A DNA stretch of 64,000 nucleotides from Octopus bimaculoides. Taxonomy: Eukaryota. The stretch lies in contig NC_069008.1 in assembly GCF_001194135.2 (NCBI RefSeq), positions 1,546,890 through 1,610,889 of the forward strand, written 5' to 3'. Under the pieces are notes generated by a model that saw only the letters and a program-made list of their open reading frames with translations, had not been told where the DNA came from and did not search any database. Made by a program: the position numbers and the translations under genes. The stretch's first letter is position 1. Each line of letters begins with the position of its first letter. Positions 23,727 through 37,003 of the stretch are shown one piece after another.

Positions 23727-24638
23727 ATGGAAGACATTAAACCCTTGGATATTCCCAACTCGACTGTTTTGACCAATTTGGATATAGTAACACAGACTTA
23801 TAGTAATGATAAAATGTTAAGCAACGAAGTATTTACTAAAGAACATTCATTGGACACAAAATTTCGCTGTGAAGTTTGTGGGAAATCGTTTGGCAAATCC
23901 AGTAACTTAACGCAACACAAAAGAGTACACACCGGAGAAAAACCGTTTCGTTGTGAACAGTGTGGAAAATCATTCAGTCAGAATTGTCATCTTGTTATAC
24001 ATAAGCGAATTCACAGTGGAAATAAACCTTACCACTGTGAAATATGTGGAAAATCATTTTCCGATAATAATTATTTAACAAGTCACAAGAGAATACATAC
24101 TGGAGAAAAGCCATTTCAGTGTGAAATCTGCGGGAAATATTTTAGTCAGAAATCGAGTCTGGTTACTCACATACGGACTCACACTGGAGAAAAACCCTAC
24201 CACTGCGACGTGTGTGGTAAATATTTTACAACCAGCGGTATCTTAGCAAGGCACAAACAAATCCACACTCAGGAGAAACCTTACCGCTGTGAAATTTGTG
24301 GGAAATCCTTCTCCGTTAATTCTAGTCTTATAAATCACAAAAGAACACATACTGAAGAAAAGCCATATCACTGTGAAATTTGTGGGAAATCTTTCGTTCA
24401 GATTTCACATCTTGTACGTCACAACAGAGTACACACTGGGGAGAAACCGTATCATTGTGAAATCTGTGGTAAGTTATTCTCTGCTCGTTCGCGTCTTGCA
24501 TATCACAAAACAACGCACACCGGAGAGAGACCTTTCCACTGTGAAATGTGTGGGGTTTCTTTTGCCTGTAAAGCTAAGTTAAAAAGGCACAGCAAAAAAC
24601 ATACAGGGGGAAAAAGACATTCTGTTGTGAAATCTTGA
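23727..24638 (+). CDS. C2H2 zinc-finger protein ZNF-D (9 fingers, subfamily 1)
   Basis: ATG 23727 ([19 protein letters not shown]); the track start at 23670 is a TTG. Ends in a frameshifted linker ([11 protein letters not shown]). Confidence 0.85.
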   Translation: MEDIKPLDIPNSTVLTNLDIVTQTYSNDKMLSNEVFTKEHSLDTKFRCEVCGKSFGKSSNLTQHKRVHTGEKPFRCEQCGKSFSQNCHLVIHKRIHSGNKPYHCEICGKSFSDNNYLTSHKRIHTGEKPFQCEICGKYFSQKSSLVTHIRTHTGEKPYHCDVCGKYFTTSGILARHKQIHTQEKPYRCEICGKSFSVNSSLINHKRTHTEEKPYHCEICGKSFVQISHLVRHNRVHTGEKPYHCEICGKLFSARSRLAYHKTTHTGERPFHCEMCGVSFACKAKLKRHSKKHTGGKRHSVVKS

Positions 24639-24969
24639 TATGATTAAAAATGTTTCNNNNNNNNNNNNNNNNNNNNNNNNNNNNNNNNNNNNNNNNNNNN
24701 NNNNNNNNNNNNNNNNNNNNNNNNNNNNNNNNNNNNNNNNNNNNNNNNNNNNNNNNNNNNNNNNNNNNNNNNNNNNNNNNNNNNNNNNNNNNNNNNNNNN
24801 NNNNNNNNNNNNNNNNNNNNNNNNNNNNNNNNNNNNNNNNNNNNNNNNNNNNNNNNNNNNNNNNNNNNNNNNNNNNNNNNNNNNNNNNNNNNNNNNNNNN
24901 NNNNNNNNNNNNNNNNNNNNNNNNNNNNNNNNNNNNNNNNNNNNNNNNNNNNNNNNNNNNNNNNNNNNN

Positions 24970-25207
24970 CATAAAAGAGTTCACACAGGAGAGAAGCCCT
25001 GCCACTGTGAAATATGTGGGAAATCGTTCAGTACTAATTCTATTCTGGTCATTCATAAAAGAGTACATACTGGGGAAAAACCATTCCACTGTGAAATGTG
25101 TGGGGTTTCTTTTGCCTGTAAAGCTAAGTTAAAAAGGCACAGCAAAAAACATACAGGGGGAAAAAGACATTCTGTTGTGAAATCTTGATATGATTAAAAA
25201 TGTTTCT
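24970..25207 (+). other. Second ZNF-D-like 3' end after a gap (paralog, allele or assembly duplicate)
   Basis: Its last ~125 bp match 24533-24656; its first ~110 bp match 27651-27760. Confidence 0.7.
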
Positions 25208-25779
25208 GGATGTATCAAATTATGTTAGGACATTTAATTCATGTCTCCGGTATGATGTATGCAAGGGTAAAATTGTCCACCACACTGCGTACTTCATATA
25301 TTTATAATTACTTGAGTTCACACGACGTTCTGAGTTCAAATTCTGCCGAGGTCGACTTTGCCTTTCAACATTTCGGGGTTATGCACTGGGGTCGATGTAA
25401 TCGACTAGCCTCCGCCCCCCCCCAAATTTCAGGCCTTGTGTCTATAGCAGAAAGGATAATTACTTGAGTGAATGTAATTATCTCATTGTAAGGTAAATAT
25501 TAATGGTGGAGGTTACGAATATGTACACCACCCGTTTTTGGCGTAACAAAATCTCTAACCCTAAATCCTAATCTCTAACTCTAAATCCTAATCCTAATCC
25601 TAACCTTAAACCGTAATCCAAAACACCGGGCGTACATATTCTTTACTTTCGTCAACATTAATATTTGCTGATAACATAAAGCTAGCTTAAATGCTTCAAA
25701 CTCAATGTCATCACCATGATGATTAAATATTTAATATGTTGAAGTAATGGAGAACCCCTTTGGTATTAGACTAAATAAT

Positions 25780-25920
25780 CTCAGGTTGTCTTACTTCAAC
25801 AAAAGCAGACAGTGTAAACTTTGCATGGTCGAAAGGACAATGATCTTAATAATCTGCATGATTTGGATACCTGCTTGAATACAAAAAGTGGAGTTTTTAG
25901 TTGGTACCATATTAACAGAG
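25780..25920 (+). mobile_element. Penelope-like endonuclease C-terminal remnant
   Basis: YFNKSRQCKLCMVERTMIL and DTCLNTKSGVFSWYH follow the same RC.LC..E..I / LN.K.E.F pattern as 21800-21920. Confidence 0.55.
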
Positions 25921-26866
25921 TTCGTTTTGGAAACGTAGTCTTCCCCGTTTGTGGACTAGTGAACAGGAAAAAAGACAAAAAGTTTTTAAAAAGACACCAT
26001 GTATCTCTCATCGGACATCGTTAGAATCTTTCCAAGGAAGGTAACTCTGAGAATGGTTTTTCTTTTCATCACCAAACTAACGAAGCATAGTCGGGTGACA
26101 GGTACCTTTTTTTCCCCCCCAAGGGATTTTTCCTCCGATTCTTATTGAGGCTGCTAATAAAAGATTTGGATAATTTTTGGTGTTTAACAATCAATATTCT
26201 TGGATCTTTTTTAAAACGGGGGCCACATTTTTCATTAACGAAACACTTTGAAACTTGGAACACTGGTAGAATGTGTCATATAAAACATCTTTTTCTCTTA
26301 GTCTTCTTAAAAAAAAAAGAAATCCATAAATTATTCCATGTTAAAGTTGTCGTATTTCTGTAATTTCAACCAATCACTGACGTCCATTCAGCCGATATAC
26401 ATTAAGTGCCGACTACNNNNNNNNNNNNNNNNNNNNNNNNNNNNNNNNNNNNNNNNNNNNNNNNNNNNNNNNNNNNNNNNNNNNNNNNNNNNNNNNNNNN
26501 NNNNNNNNNNNNNNNNNNNNNNNNNNNNNNNNNNNNNNNNNNNNNNNNNNNNNNNNNNNNNNNNNNNNNNNNNNNNNNNNNNNNNNNNNNNNNNNNNNNN
26601 NNNNNNNNNNNNNNNNNNNNNNNNNNNNNNNNNNNNNNNNNNNNNNNNNNNNNNNNNNNNNNNNNNNNNNNNNNNNNNNNNNNNNNNNNNNNNNNNNNNN
26701 NNNNNNNNNNNNNNNNNNNNNNNNNNNNNNNNNNNNNNNNNNNNNNNNNNNNNNNNNNNNNNNNNNNNNNNNNNNNNNNNNNNNNNNNNNNNNNNNNNNN
26801 NNNNNNNNNNNNNNNNNNNNNNNNNNNNNNNNNNNNNNNNNNNNNNNNNNNNNNNNNNNNNNNNNC

Positions 26867-27118
26867 TATTAACTGGAATTTTTTTTATGAAACTTTAATT
26901 TCTAGCATAAAACAGCCTTAGAAACACGCTGAAATGATCAAAATAATATTTCAAAATAACATTTCAAATAGAAATAAGCGAGATATTGGGTGAACAATTA
27001 GCAAACCTCATTTGAATATCAGAGAAATATACCTAGTAGATATAGCAAAAAGGTTAGATATGTGTAAATATTGACAGATAATTACGAAATTTGTAATTTT
27101 TAAGTGATCTCATATGAG
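26867..27118 (+). mobile_element. Truncated copy of the piggyBac-like MITE fused to ZNF-E
   Basis: Homologous to 47645-47882; joins the ZNF sequence at the microhomology AGAT. Confidence 0.75.
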
Positions 27119-29171
27119 ATTTCACATCTTGTATGTCACAACAGAGTACACACTAGGGAGAAACCGTATCATTGTGAAATCTGTGGTAAGTTATTCTCTG
27201 CTCGTTCGCGTCTTGCATATCACAAAACAACGCACACCGGAGAGAGACCTTTCCACTGTGAAACGTGTGGGAAACATTTCGCAGTTAACAATGATTTAAC
27301 AAGACACAAAAGAGTACATACAGGAGAAAAACCATTTCACTGTGAAATATGTGGGAAATCTTATATCAATAACAATGATTTAACAAGACACAAAAGAGTA
27401 CACACTGGAGAAAAGCCTTATCAATGTGAAACCTGCGGAAAATCCTTCTCTGTTAATTCTCGGCTTGTTGATCACAGAACGATTCATACGGGAGAAAGGC
27501 CATTTCACTGTGAGATATGTGGAAAAACTTTTACAAATAACAGTGCGTTATTGACGCACAAAAAAATACACAGTGGAGAAAAAGCTTATCACTGTGATAT
27601 ATGTGAGAAAGCGTTTGTGAATAAAAATAATTTAACCAGACATAAAAGAGTTCACACAGGAGAGAAGCCCTGCCACTGTGAAATATGTGGGAAATCGTTC
27701 AGTACTAATTCTATTCTGGTCATTCATAAAAGAGTACATACTGGGGAAAAACCATTCCACTGTGAAATGTGTGGGGTTTCTTTTGCTNNNNNNNNNNNNN
27801 NNNNNNNNNNNNNNNNNNNNNNNNNNNNNNNNNNNNNNNNNNNNNNNNNNNNNNNNNNNNNNNNNNNNNNNNNNNNNNNNNNNNNNNNNNNNNNNNNNNN
27901 NNNNNNNNNNNNNNNNNNNNNNNNNNNNNNNNNNNNNNNNNNNNNNNNNNNNNNNNNNNNNNNNNNNNNNNNNNNNNNNNNNNNNNNNNNNNNNNNNNNN
28001 NNNNNNNNNNNNNNNNNNNNNNNNNNNNNNNNNNNNNNNNNNNNNNNNNNNNNNNNNNNNNNNNNNNNNNNNNNNNNNNNNNNNNNNNNNNNNNNNNNNN
28101 NNNNNNNNNNNNNNNNNNNNNNNNNNNNNNNNNNNNNNNNNNNNNNNNNNNNNNNNNNNNNNNNNNNNNNNNNNNNNNNNNNNNNNNNNNNNNNNNNNNN
28201 NNNNNNNNNNNNNNNNNNNNNNNNNNNNNNNNNNNNNNNNNNNNNNNNNNNNNNNNNNNNNNNNNNNNNNNNNNNNNNNNNNNNNNNNNNNNNNNNNNNN
28301 NNNNNNNNNNNNNNNNNNNNNNNNNNNNNNNNNNNNNNNNNNNNNNNNNNNNNNNNNNNNNNNNNNNNNNNNNNNNNNNNNNNNNNNNNNNNNNNNNNNN
28401 NNNNNNNNNNNNNNNNNNNNNNNNNNNNNNNNNNNNNNNNNNNNNNNNNNNNNNNNNNNNNNNNNNNNNNNNNNNNNNNNNNNNNNNNNNNNNNNNNNNN
28501 NNNNNNNNNNNNNNNNNNNNNNNNNNNNNNNNNNNNNNNNNNNNNNNNNNNNNNTACATACTGGGGAAAAACCATTCCACTGTGAAATGTGTGGGGTTTC
28601 TTTTGCTTGTAACGGTAAGGTAAAAAGGCACAGCAGAAAACATACAGGCGAAAAACCATTCTGTTGTGAAATTTGTGGGAAATCTTATATCAGTAATAGT
28701 GAGTTAACAAGACATAAGAAAATACACAGTGGAGAGAAACCTTACCATTGTGACTTATGTGGGAAGTCGTTTGTTAACAGCTGTAGCCTTGTTGGTCACA
28801 AAAGAATTCATACTGGTGAAAAACCATTCCATTGTGAAATTTGTGGACAATCCTTCGTTCAGAATTCTCATCTTGTCAGTCACAAAAGAACGCACACTGG
28901 AGAGAAACCGTTTCCATGTGAAATCTGTGGAAAAAATTTCTTCTCTAAGAGTGTGTTAAAAAGACACAAAACCATACACTCTGGGGGAAAACCATTCCAC
29001 TGTGAAGTTTGTGGAAATTCTTTTGTCTCTAACAGTGCGTTAACAAGACACCAAAGAACACACACTGGAGAAAAATCGTTCCACTGTCAAATATGTGGAA
29101 AATCATTCTTTTATAATTCTGATTTCATAGTTCATATGTGTTCTCATACTGGAGAAACCATTCAACTGTGA
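27116..29171 (+). pseudogene. Headless C2H2 array ZNF-E (about 14 fingers across a gap)
   Basis: Starts mid-finger with no leader and no in-frame ATG ahead of the array. The 53 bp on either side of the 27788-28555 gap are identical (27735-27787 = 28556-28608), so the two parts probably join into one 14-finger frame. Confidence 0.7.
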
Positions 29172-29564
29172 AATATTTAGGAAATCATTTATTACTGCTT
29201 GTAATTTAACCAAACATAAAGATACACATACAAGAGAAAAGACTTTTCATAGTACTGGGTGCATTTTCTGTGGCACCAGCTCTAGTGAGGTTGCCGTACA
29301 GCTTGCAAAATCCAAGCTTCCATTCAAATGAGGGGGGGGGGCTACAGTAAAGACAGGTTCCTTTATATTAGATGAGAGGTTAATGCACAAGGCTAGCAGT
29401 TTTGGGGTATGGGGTCAGCCAATTATACTGATGTTAACACCTTGCTGGAATTTGAACTTAAAACACAAAGATAGACAAAATGCTACTAAGCCTCTTGCCT
29501 GGTCTGCTAACGATTTTGTGAGTTCACCACCTTCTTTCATATTGTTGGTGGTTGGCACTCTGTC

Positions 29565-29890
29565 GAGGGTTCCAGTTGATCCGATCAACGGAACAGCCTG
29601 CTCGTGAAATTAAAGTGCAAGTGGCTGAGCACTCCACAGACACGTGTACCCTTAACGTAGTTCTCGGGGAGATTCAGCGTGACAAGGTTGACCCTTTGAA
29701 TTACAGGCACAACAGAAACAGGAAAAAAAGAGTGAGAGAAAGTTGTGGTGAAAGAGTACAGCAGGGTTCGCCACCATCCCCTGCCGGAGCCTCGTGGAGC
29801 TTTAGGTGTTTTCGCTCAATAAACACTCACAACGCCCAGTCTGAGAATCGAAACCGTGAGTCTGCTGCCCTAACCACTGGGCCATTGCGC
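29565..29890 (-). mobile_element. SINE family 3 (aacggaacagcctgctcgtgaaatt...gtggctgagcactcc core)
   Basis: Second partial copy at ~57725-57835; the tRNA-like end (gagaatcgaaacc...cctaaccactgggcca) suggests minus orientation. Confidence 0.6.
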
Positions 29891-30209
29891 CTCCACTCTT
29901 CTTTCATATATAATATTGATTTCAAACTTTGGCACAAGGCCAGCGATTTGGGGGTAGAGGGTAAGTGGATTACACTGAACCCAGTGATCATTTGTTACCT
30001 GTTATCAACCCCATAAGGATGAAAGCGAAGTTGACCTCAGTGGAATTTGAACTCAGAATGTAAAAACAGGTGAAATGTTGCTAAGCATGCTAATGATTCT
30101 ACCAGCTCATTTGTGAGTAAACTGAATTTTGTAACAATAATAATAACAATAACAAACTGTTAATATTTATGAAACATATTTATTTGTCATAATGAAAGAA
30201 AGCAAAAGA

Positions 30210-33200
30210 CTAACATCCTGGAATAATTCCGAAAACGAAGAAGGAACTGTCTGAAATACCGAATCCAAGAACTGTGAAGACTTCGTTGTCTTCACCATCA
30301 AGGAATAAATATTGTTTTATACTTTCAGATGTTTGGTGTGGCATATCTCCAGGTATCTGGTAAATATTGTTATATATGTCTGTTATATAAACATATTCAC
30401 CATGTATATTTAGACAAGGTCTGTAAATATAATTCTGATCAAAACCTGGCAGTAGTTTTATACTCCTGACCAACAACTGTTCCCTGTACCAACAGATAAT
30501 ATAGTGACCACCACTCCACCTCTGCCAATCCTTCCATTTCACAATAACAATATCTCCACCAGATGTCACTGCTATATCACTCACCAGAACCTCTCTCTCT
30601 TTCTTCAACACATCCACTCCAGAACACACCCGACAATTATATTTACATGTCCCACCATCAATATCAACTATATCGACATAGTAGTTGTAATAGCATCTTC
30701 CATCTTTAGTTCTGTCTCCAATATCATGACCACCACACACGAGTTGATTGTCGCCGTGTTTATAAATCCTGTTGTAGTATTTCTCAGTGTTGATGGTTTT
30801 TAAACAACAGAGATCTCTTTCAAAGAACATTAGCTGTTCACCAAAGGCAACTATGAAACATTCATCTGTCCACCGACATATGTCTAGTGGTGGTTGAGGT
30901 TGTGGTAGTTGTTTATGTTGAAGTATGTCACCTGTTGTGGTGATCACTGTGACTGTCTCTAAACATAAACACACTGACATTGTTGTCTAACTCAATTAGT
31001 TTACTGTTGTGATCCTTGGTGTCCTCAATATCATAATTAACAGGTTCCTTGAATGCAGGAATGGAAAAAGGGACCATTGCTGTTCTATATGGCAGTCTCC
31101 TCACTGATATTTCATCAATTCCCGACATACACTCTGCTATGTAATTACCACACCTAACCATGAATCTACCTTTACCAACTATTTCACCCGATTTACTTCT
31201 TTCTTCTCCATTGTATTTCAATTTAATTAATTCACTACTGTCTATTTCATTGTTCATCTGAGATGTGATGGAAGGGAAACAAAGACCAGAATCAAGTTTT
31301 GATAATGACATAGATTCCAGAACCTCCAGTTGGTCCCCATCAATCTTTAGACTATGAAATTCACTCAAGCTAATATGTTGACACCAGTAAATACCCCCCA
31401 CTTTTCTCCATATTACACCATAAGGGACGAGACTTGTCCAAACTTTATAATTCACCAAATCTTCTCCATTCAGTTGAAATATTTCTTGTCTGTCAGGAAC
31501 TGTAATCATATTATGTGTTTTCCTTGTGTAAAACACACACCACCAACTAAACTTGCCACATTTCTGTGACATAGCAGCTCCCCGTCTTTATCAAATATTT
31601 TAACATTTCCATTATTGGCTTTTTCACATACAACTGTCTTTCCTTCATCAGAGATATCAATATCTTTTACTTGAACAGGGCAATTGTCTGTCTGTAAACG
31701 ACAGACGACGAATCTTTCCCGATTAGCCTTAAACAAACCTTCAACATACAATTTGTTACAATCACTATATCTGTAGCTTCCAATAAACCTTGGCCCTTTA
31801 CACTTTATACAGGAGAAATTTACCTTATCTTTATAAATTCTTTTATTTAAAAATATTCTGTTGTATTCACCAGTCTGTGTCAAACAGACAATGTTTTTAT
31901 ATTCACTGTAGTCGCTAAAATATCTTTCCCACCAACCATGAACGAACAAAAAACTGTCATCAATTGTCATGTTATAAAACCCAAAATAATCTCGGTAGGT
32001 TCTGACAGAATGTAAATACTGACCATCACCGTTGAAGAAAATGATGAATCGTTTATTATGAACAATAATGACATCATTAGCATTAATTACAACATTATAG
32101 ATCTCATTAATATAATTACTACCCCCATGGCTGTATTTTGTTAATATCTCAGGTATGTCTATTTGTTTATTTTCATTGACAGTCAAATGTATTTAGTCAA
32201 TATCAACAACATACAACTTACATTCGTCTCCCCATTTACTAAAAACCAGTTGACTGTTTGACAATGAAGCCACACATTCATATTTATTTCTTGTCTGGTA
32301 ATTTACCAATGACAATGGAAATTCCACTTTTAATGTCAACAGTTGGGGTTCAACAGCATTATCGTCGTCATCATGATCATCGTCGTCACCACTATCATCA
32401 TCGTTGTCATCATAGTCACCACTATCATCATCGTCATCATCAGAACAACCAGTCATAATAGCCAATGTGTTTGACTGCCATTGACACATATTGATAAAGT
32501 AACTGACATTCAATTTGACAGAATTCAGAAGTTGTCCATCAAATGTGAATATCATAATGTTTTTATTATTAACGTCATATCCTGCAATCAGGTTATTTTC
32601 AGTAATGATTGAACTGTCGATTCTCATTGGTTCTCTGTTTTGTAAACCTGTAGGGACAACATCAATATGTCTAGCTTTGTCAGATCCTGTAGATATAATT
32701 TCGAAGACAACATTTCACTGACACAGATGTTTCTGGAAAACACATCTACCAGGTCAGTGCACATGTCAAGCTGCTTATTAGTAATGTGATCTCTCACCAC
32801 CAGGTTATGATCAGTCATAGCAAACATACGGCTGTTGTCAATCAGATAAACAAACAATTTATCAATACATCCACCAAAGAAATCGAGGGAGGGTTTCATA
32901 TGTGACAATAAAGCACCAGGGACCATCTTACTATTACTGCAACTATCACCACTACTATTGAACTGAAACACTTTTTTCCTAGTAACAATTAATAGCTTTC
33001 GTGTTTCCTTGTCTATTGATAATGATTTCACTACAAAAGGGATATTAATTCTATGAATGATTTCAACTCGATTATAATTTTTAATAGTTAAAATATCTAA
33101 ATGAGATGGTTTATCACAATAACAAACAATTTCACCTCCACCCATCTTACACACCCGTACATAAGGCTGCCCTAATGATACACTTCTCACTGTCTTTGAT

Positions 33201-35554
33201 AGGTTTCCAATGATCCTTAATTGTTTCTGTAGGGGTAATGTGACACCTATTTGATGAGAATCCCATCGACATATATCCGTAGCTGGAGACGGCAGAGATA
33301 ATCTCGTCACAATGTCTCCTTCATTAGAAATGTATAACAAGCAATCATGGTTGATGTCGGACACCACCAACTGTCCATTCTCCAGATTACATATTTTGCC
33401 AATGACAAGTTTTTTGTCATTCTTCTTTTCTTTGAGTCGTAGATTTAGATTTCTGATATAAGGATTTTTGATGTGTAAACGACAGCTGGACCAGTCATGA
33501 CATTTGAAAAGCAGAACCCTGTTGAGTACAATGTCCACTACATAAACTGTTCCTTGGAAAACAGCAATGTGAGAGGGAGCGGTTAGAGGTAGATTCCATT
33601 GCCATTTAATGTCACCATATATATTGTAACATATTACAATAGACTCTCTCCTGAACACAACATAGTAATAAACATTATCAGAGTAGATGTGATGAGGGTA
33701 GCCACAGCATGGAAGGAATTTTTCAAAAAGTTCTTCACCACATGTGGAATAAAATACCATTTTATTTTTCCTTCCATCTAAGACTACAAAATTAATTGGA
33801 GTTGCAGCAATGGTGACATTTTCATGACCCAGAGAAATTCTTTCTATGATGTCAACTTTGTCCTCCTTAATCAATAGGATATGTACTTCCTGTTTGTTTT
33901 CATTTGTGGCCAGAGCTAAACACTTATTGGATACAAGATGACATATCTTAATGTATTCAGCGTGGACCTTTATTAAAGGGCCTTTCGTTAGTTCAGGACA
34001 TGTGATATACTGAAGTGCTTTAATTTCCCAATAAAAAATAAAAAATGTTTTTGAGTTCAATCTACAAAAGACAGAAGGAAGGAAGGGAAAAGTTGAATAA
34101 TTCTGGCGAATTTTTCCCCCAATGTCAGTGAACAATATGGCTTCCTTATTCCTGGAGATTATTAACATAGAAGATGTTGACATAGGTAGAATGTTTGTAA
34201 TATCATAATAATCTTCAATATAAATATGGTTGTACAAAGTGGGAGTATGCAGCTGGTTGGAGTAAGATAACCTGGGCCAAAAGTCTTTAGTTGTCCTAAC
34301 AGCATGAGGAAGACCAAAATAATCAATCAAGAAGATTGTACTCGAGTCAACAGAAATATACCGACCTTTCATGCCAATTTCTTTCTTTGACACACCACCG
34401 GTGCCTGAAATCCTATAAATAATATGCCCCTGGAGGGCATAAAAATGGTTTTGGTACGTAGTTATGCTGATTGGAAGTTCCAGAGAATGGGTACATACTT
34501 CAAATAACTTCTGACCATCTAGGTTATAACAAGCAACTCTGTTGATATTTGAAAATGACAGCAACAGCTTATTCTGTGGACCTACAACAATAGCTGTTGG
34601 TTCCTCTTTGACACTGAATTGCTTTGTAATTTTATTATCTTCTCAATCAATAAAATTTACAGTCTTACTGAACATTTCTACACCTATAACTGTAGAATGT
34701 TCTAAGTATGAAACCTTGTAAAAGCCTAATTGAAGCGTTTTAATTTTAAAACTCTAGGGACTGATAATTAGAATAATTTTCATAAATGGAAGGGTGGCTA
34801 GTACAGTGTCTTCACCGATTCTGGTAAAATCGGTGACAGAAGATGGGCAATGAACATCATTTCTGTTACCGTTTATTTTCACACAACACACCGTCATATA
34901 ATGGTGGGAATACGTTACCACTCCACCCTGTATAATGATAATATTGGATATTGGGTTGCTGAAATCTTCACCAGATTCAGCGAACTTTGCTTCTCTGATC
35001 ACAACTGGAGAAAGAGGTCGAAATTTGTTGGTTATTTTTGGTGGATCAATGCTTCTGTGTTTGTGTTGCAAAACATTTTTCTTTATATATTGTTCCAGAA
35101 ACCATTCAAGTTGTCCAAAGATAATAAAATTGTGGTTGTAATCATATTTCTTAATGTTTTTCTGCAAAATTTCAATTTTCTGTGTAAAATCTTTTAGAAA
35201 ATTACTTTTATCCAATCCAACACTTTTTAAAATGGTACATATTTTTTCCCGCGAATTTACCAACATATTAATTTTGTCTTCATATGCATTGAATCTTGTA
35301 TAATACAGGCATTTGTCCAAAACAACTCGTCTTCCAATTGTTTTACACTTTTTATGGTCTTCTTTATGTCTTTTTTGTTTTGTTGTTGACTGAGATGAAG
35401 AACGGTTCTGTGACGTTTCTGTCACTAAAATATCTCTCCAACATCCATACTTTTTATTGTAGACTCCTTCTTCATCACTTTTTGCTGTTGGATCACAAAA
35501 ATTTGTTTTCCGAGGATTAAGTATTCTTGAAGTGTTTCCTGTATTTCCTTCCAT
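30210..35554 (-). pseudogene. Single-exon ~1,780-aa coiled-coil plus six NHL-like beta-propeller gene, disrupted
   Basis: Six track ORFs read as one protein once in-frame stops (TAG 34754-56, TGA 34643-45, TAA 32193-95) and frameshifts (~32678, ~31510, ~30970) are bridged. Acceptor ttttctttatAG at 35563-62; AATAAA at 30184-30179; recurring DICRW-like blade motif. Confidence 0.8.
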
Positions 35555-37003
35555 AGTGAATCTATAAAGAAAACATATAGCTTTGTGAAACTATTAAATT
35601 TTAAAGATGTTTACTTCATTGTTTTAAACACACAACCAAAACACATATGCATTTCTGTCAGTGTATCAGGCTGTCAAATTAACGTTTAAACAATTTTTCA
35701 TTAACCCTTTGGAAACAGAGCCTCATCTGGAGTTTCAGTGCCAAGAAGATGGAGCCCTTTTCACAAGCCTTACAGAGGACATGCACTTATTTTTCAAAAA
35801 TAATTATAAAAAATAAAGTAATTACTTTACACAAATAAAACTATATATTCTTGTAGGAAATTGAATGAACTAATTCAATCTTTGTCACTCAACTTTTTGG
35901 CCGATAGATTGGTCCTGTCCTCGCCTAAATGTTAAAATAATGATTGGAAATAAATATCTGATGATAATCTTTTGTATAAATATGTGACATATTAGTAAGT
36001 TTTATAAATTACATGGAATATAAAATATTGATTTCAAATTTTGACACAAGGCTAGTAATTTCAGGGGAGGGGGTCAGCCAATTACATTGACCTCAGTGTT
36101 CAACTGGTACCTATTTTATTGACTCAAAAAGGATGAAAGACAAAGCTGACCACAGCAGAATTTGAACTCAGAATATAAAGATGGACAAAGTACCACCCAG
36201 CATGTTAACAATTCTGCCAGCTCACAGACTTAAATGGAATATATATANNNNNNNNNNNNNNNNNNNNNNNNNNNNNNNNNNNNNNNNNNNNNNNNNNNNN
36301 NNNNNNNNNNNNNNNNNNNNNNNNNNNNNNNNNNNNNNNNNNNNNNNNNNNNNNNNNNNNNNNNNNNNNNNNNNNNNNNNNNNNNNNNNNNNNNNNNNNN
36401 NNNNNNNNNNNNNNNNNNNNNNNNNNNNNATATATATATATATACTGGAAATGATATTTTTCAACATCACAAGGTAATAGTCATGTCTAATTTAGATTTG
36501 TTTAATGATAATTAGTTTAACAGATTCACCTATTCCAAAAGTACTCCATAATGTACTCAGCTATAGAGAAGGTTAACTTTAATTGACATAAATTGTATAT
36601 GTCACAATACACATAACAATAATGTTTAAACTTCATTAACACGGAGTAATTAGCAAAATATAGACATTAGGCTTCATATAAGTTGTCAGGTAGAAGATAG
36701 TTTGAACATTTTGATCACGTTCGACTTGAGCACTTCTTCGCTGTCTATGTGTTTCAAAAGAAAATTATAACTATATACATTTCCTCTATTGAGCACTTCT
36801 CATAGACTGCAATAATGGCAAAACAATTTTTAGGTATTTCTACCAAGAACATTCTTATACCATCCAGGGACACATATATGGAATTTATGCAGTAGCAGCA
36901 TGATAAAGTCTCAGAGATTTAGAAATATATTATTTCTATTTTCAAAAATTAGTGAATGTATTTCACTTGAAATATGTTTTCAAAGGCGGATAGGAGTCAA
37001 CAA

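Noticed and set aside
30210-35554. Rescue of the propeller gene by A-to-I editing of stops (TAG/TGA/TAA to TGG) or programmed frameshifting
   Set aside because: Editing could recode the three stops in principle but not the three frameshifts. These sit in ordinary slippage contexts (A run, ATAAT, GT repeat) with no shared slippery heptamer. Pseudogene, null allele or consensus error is simpler.
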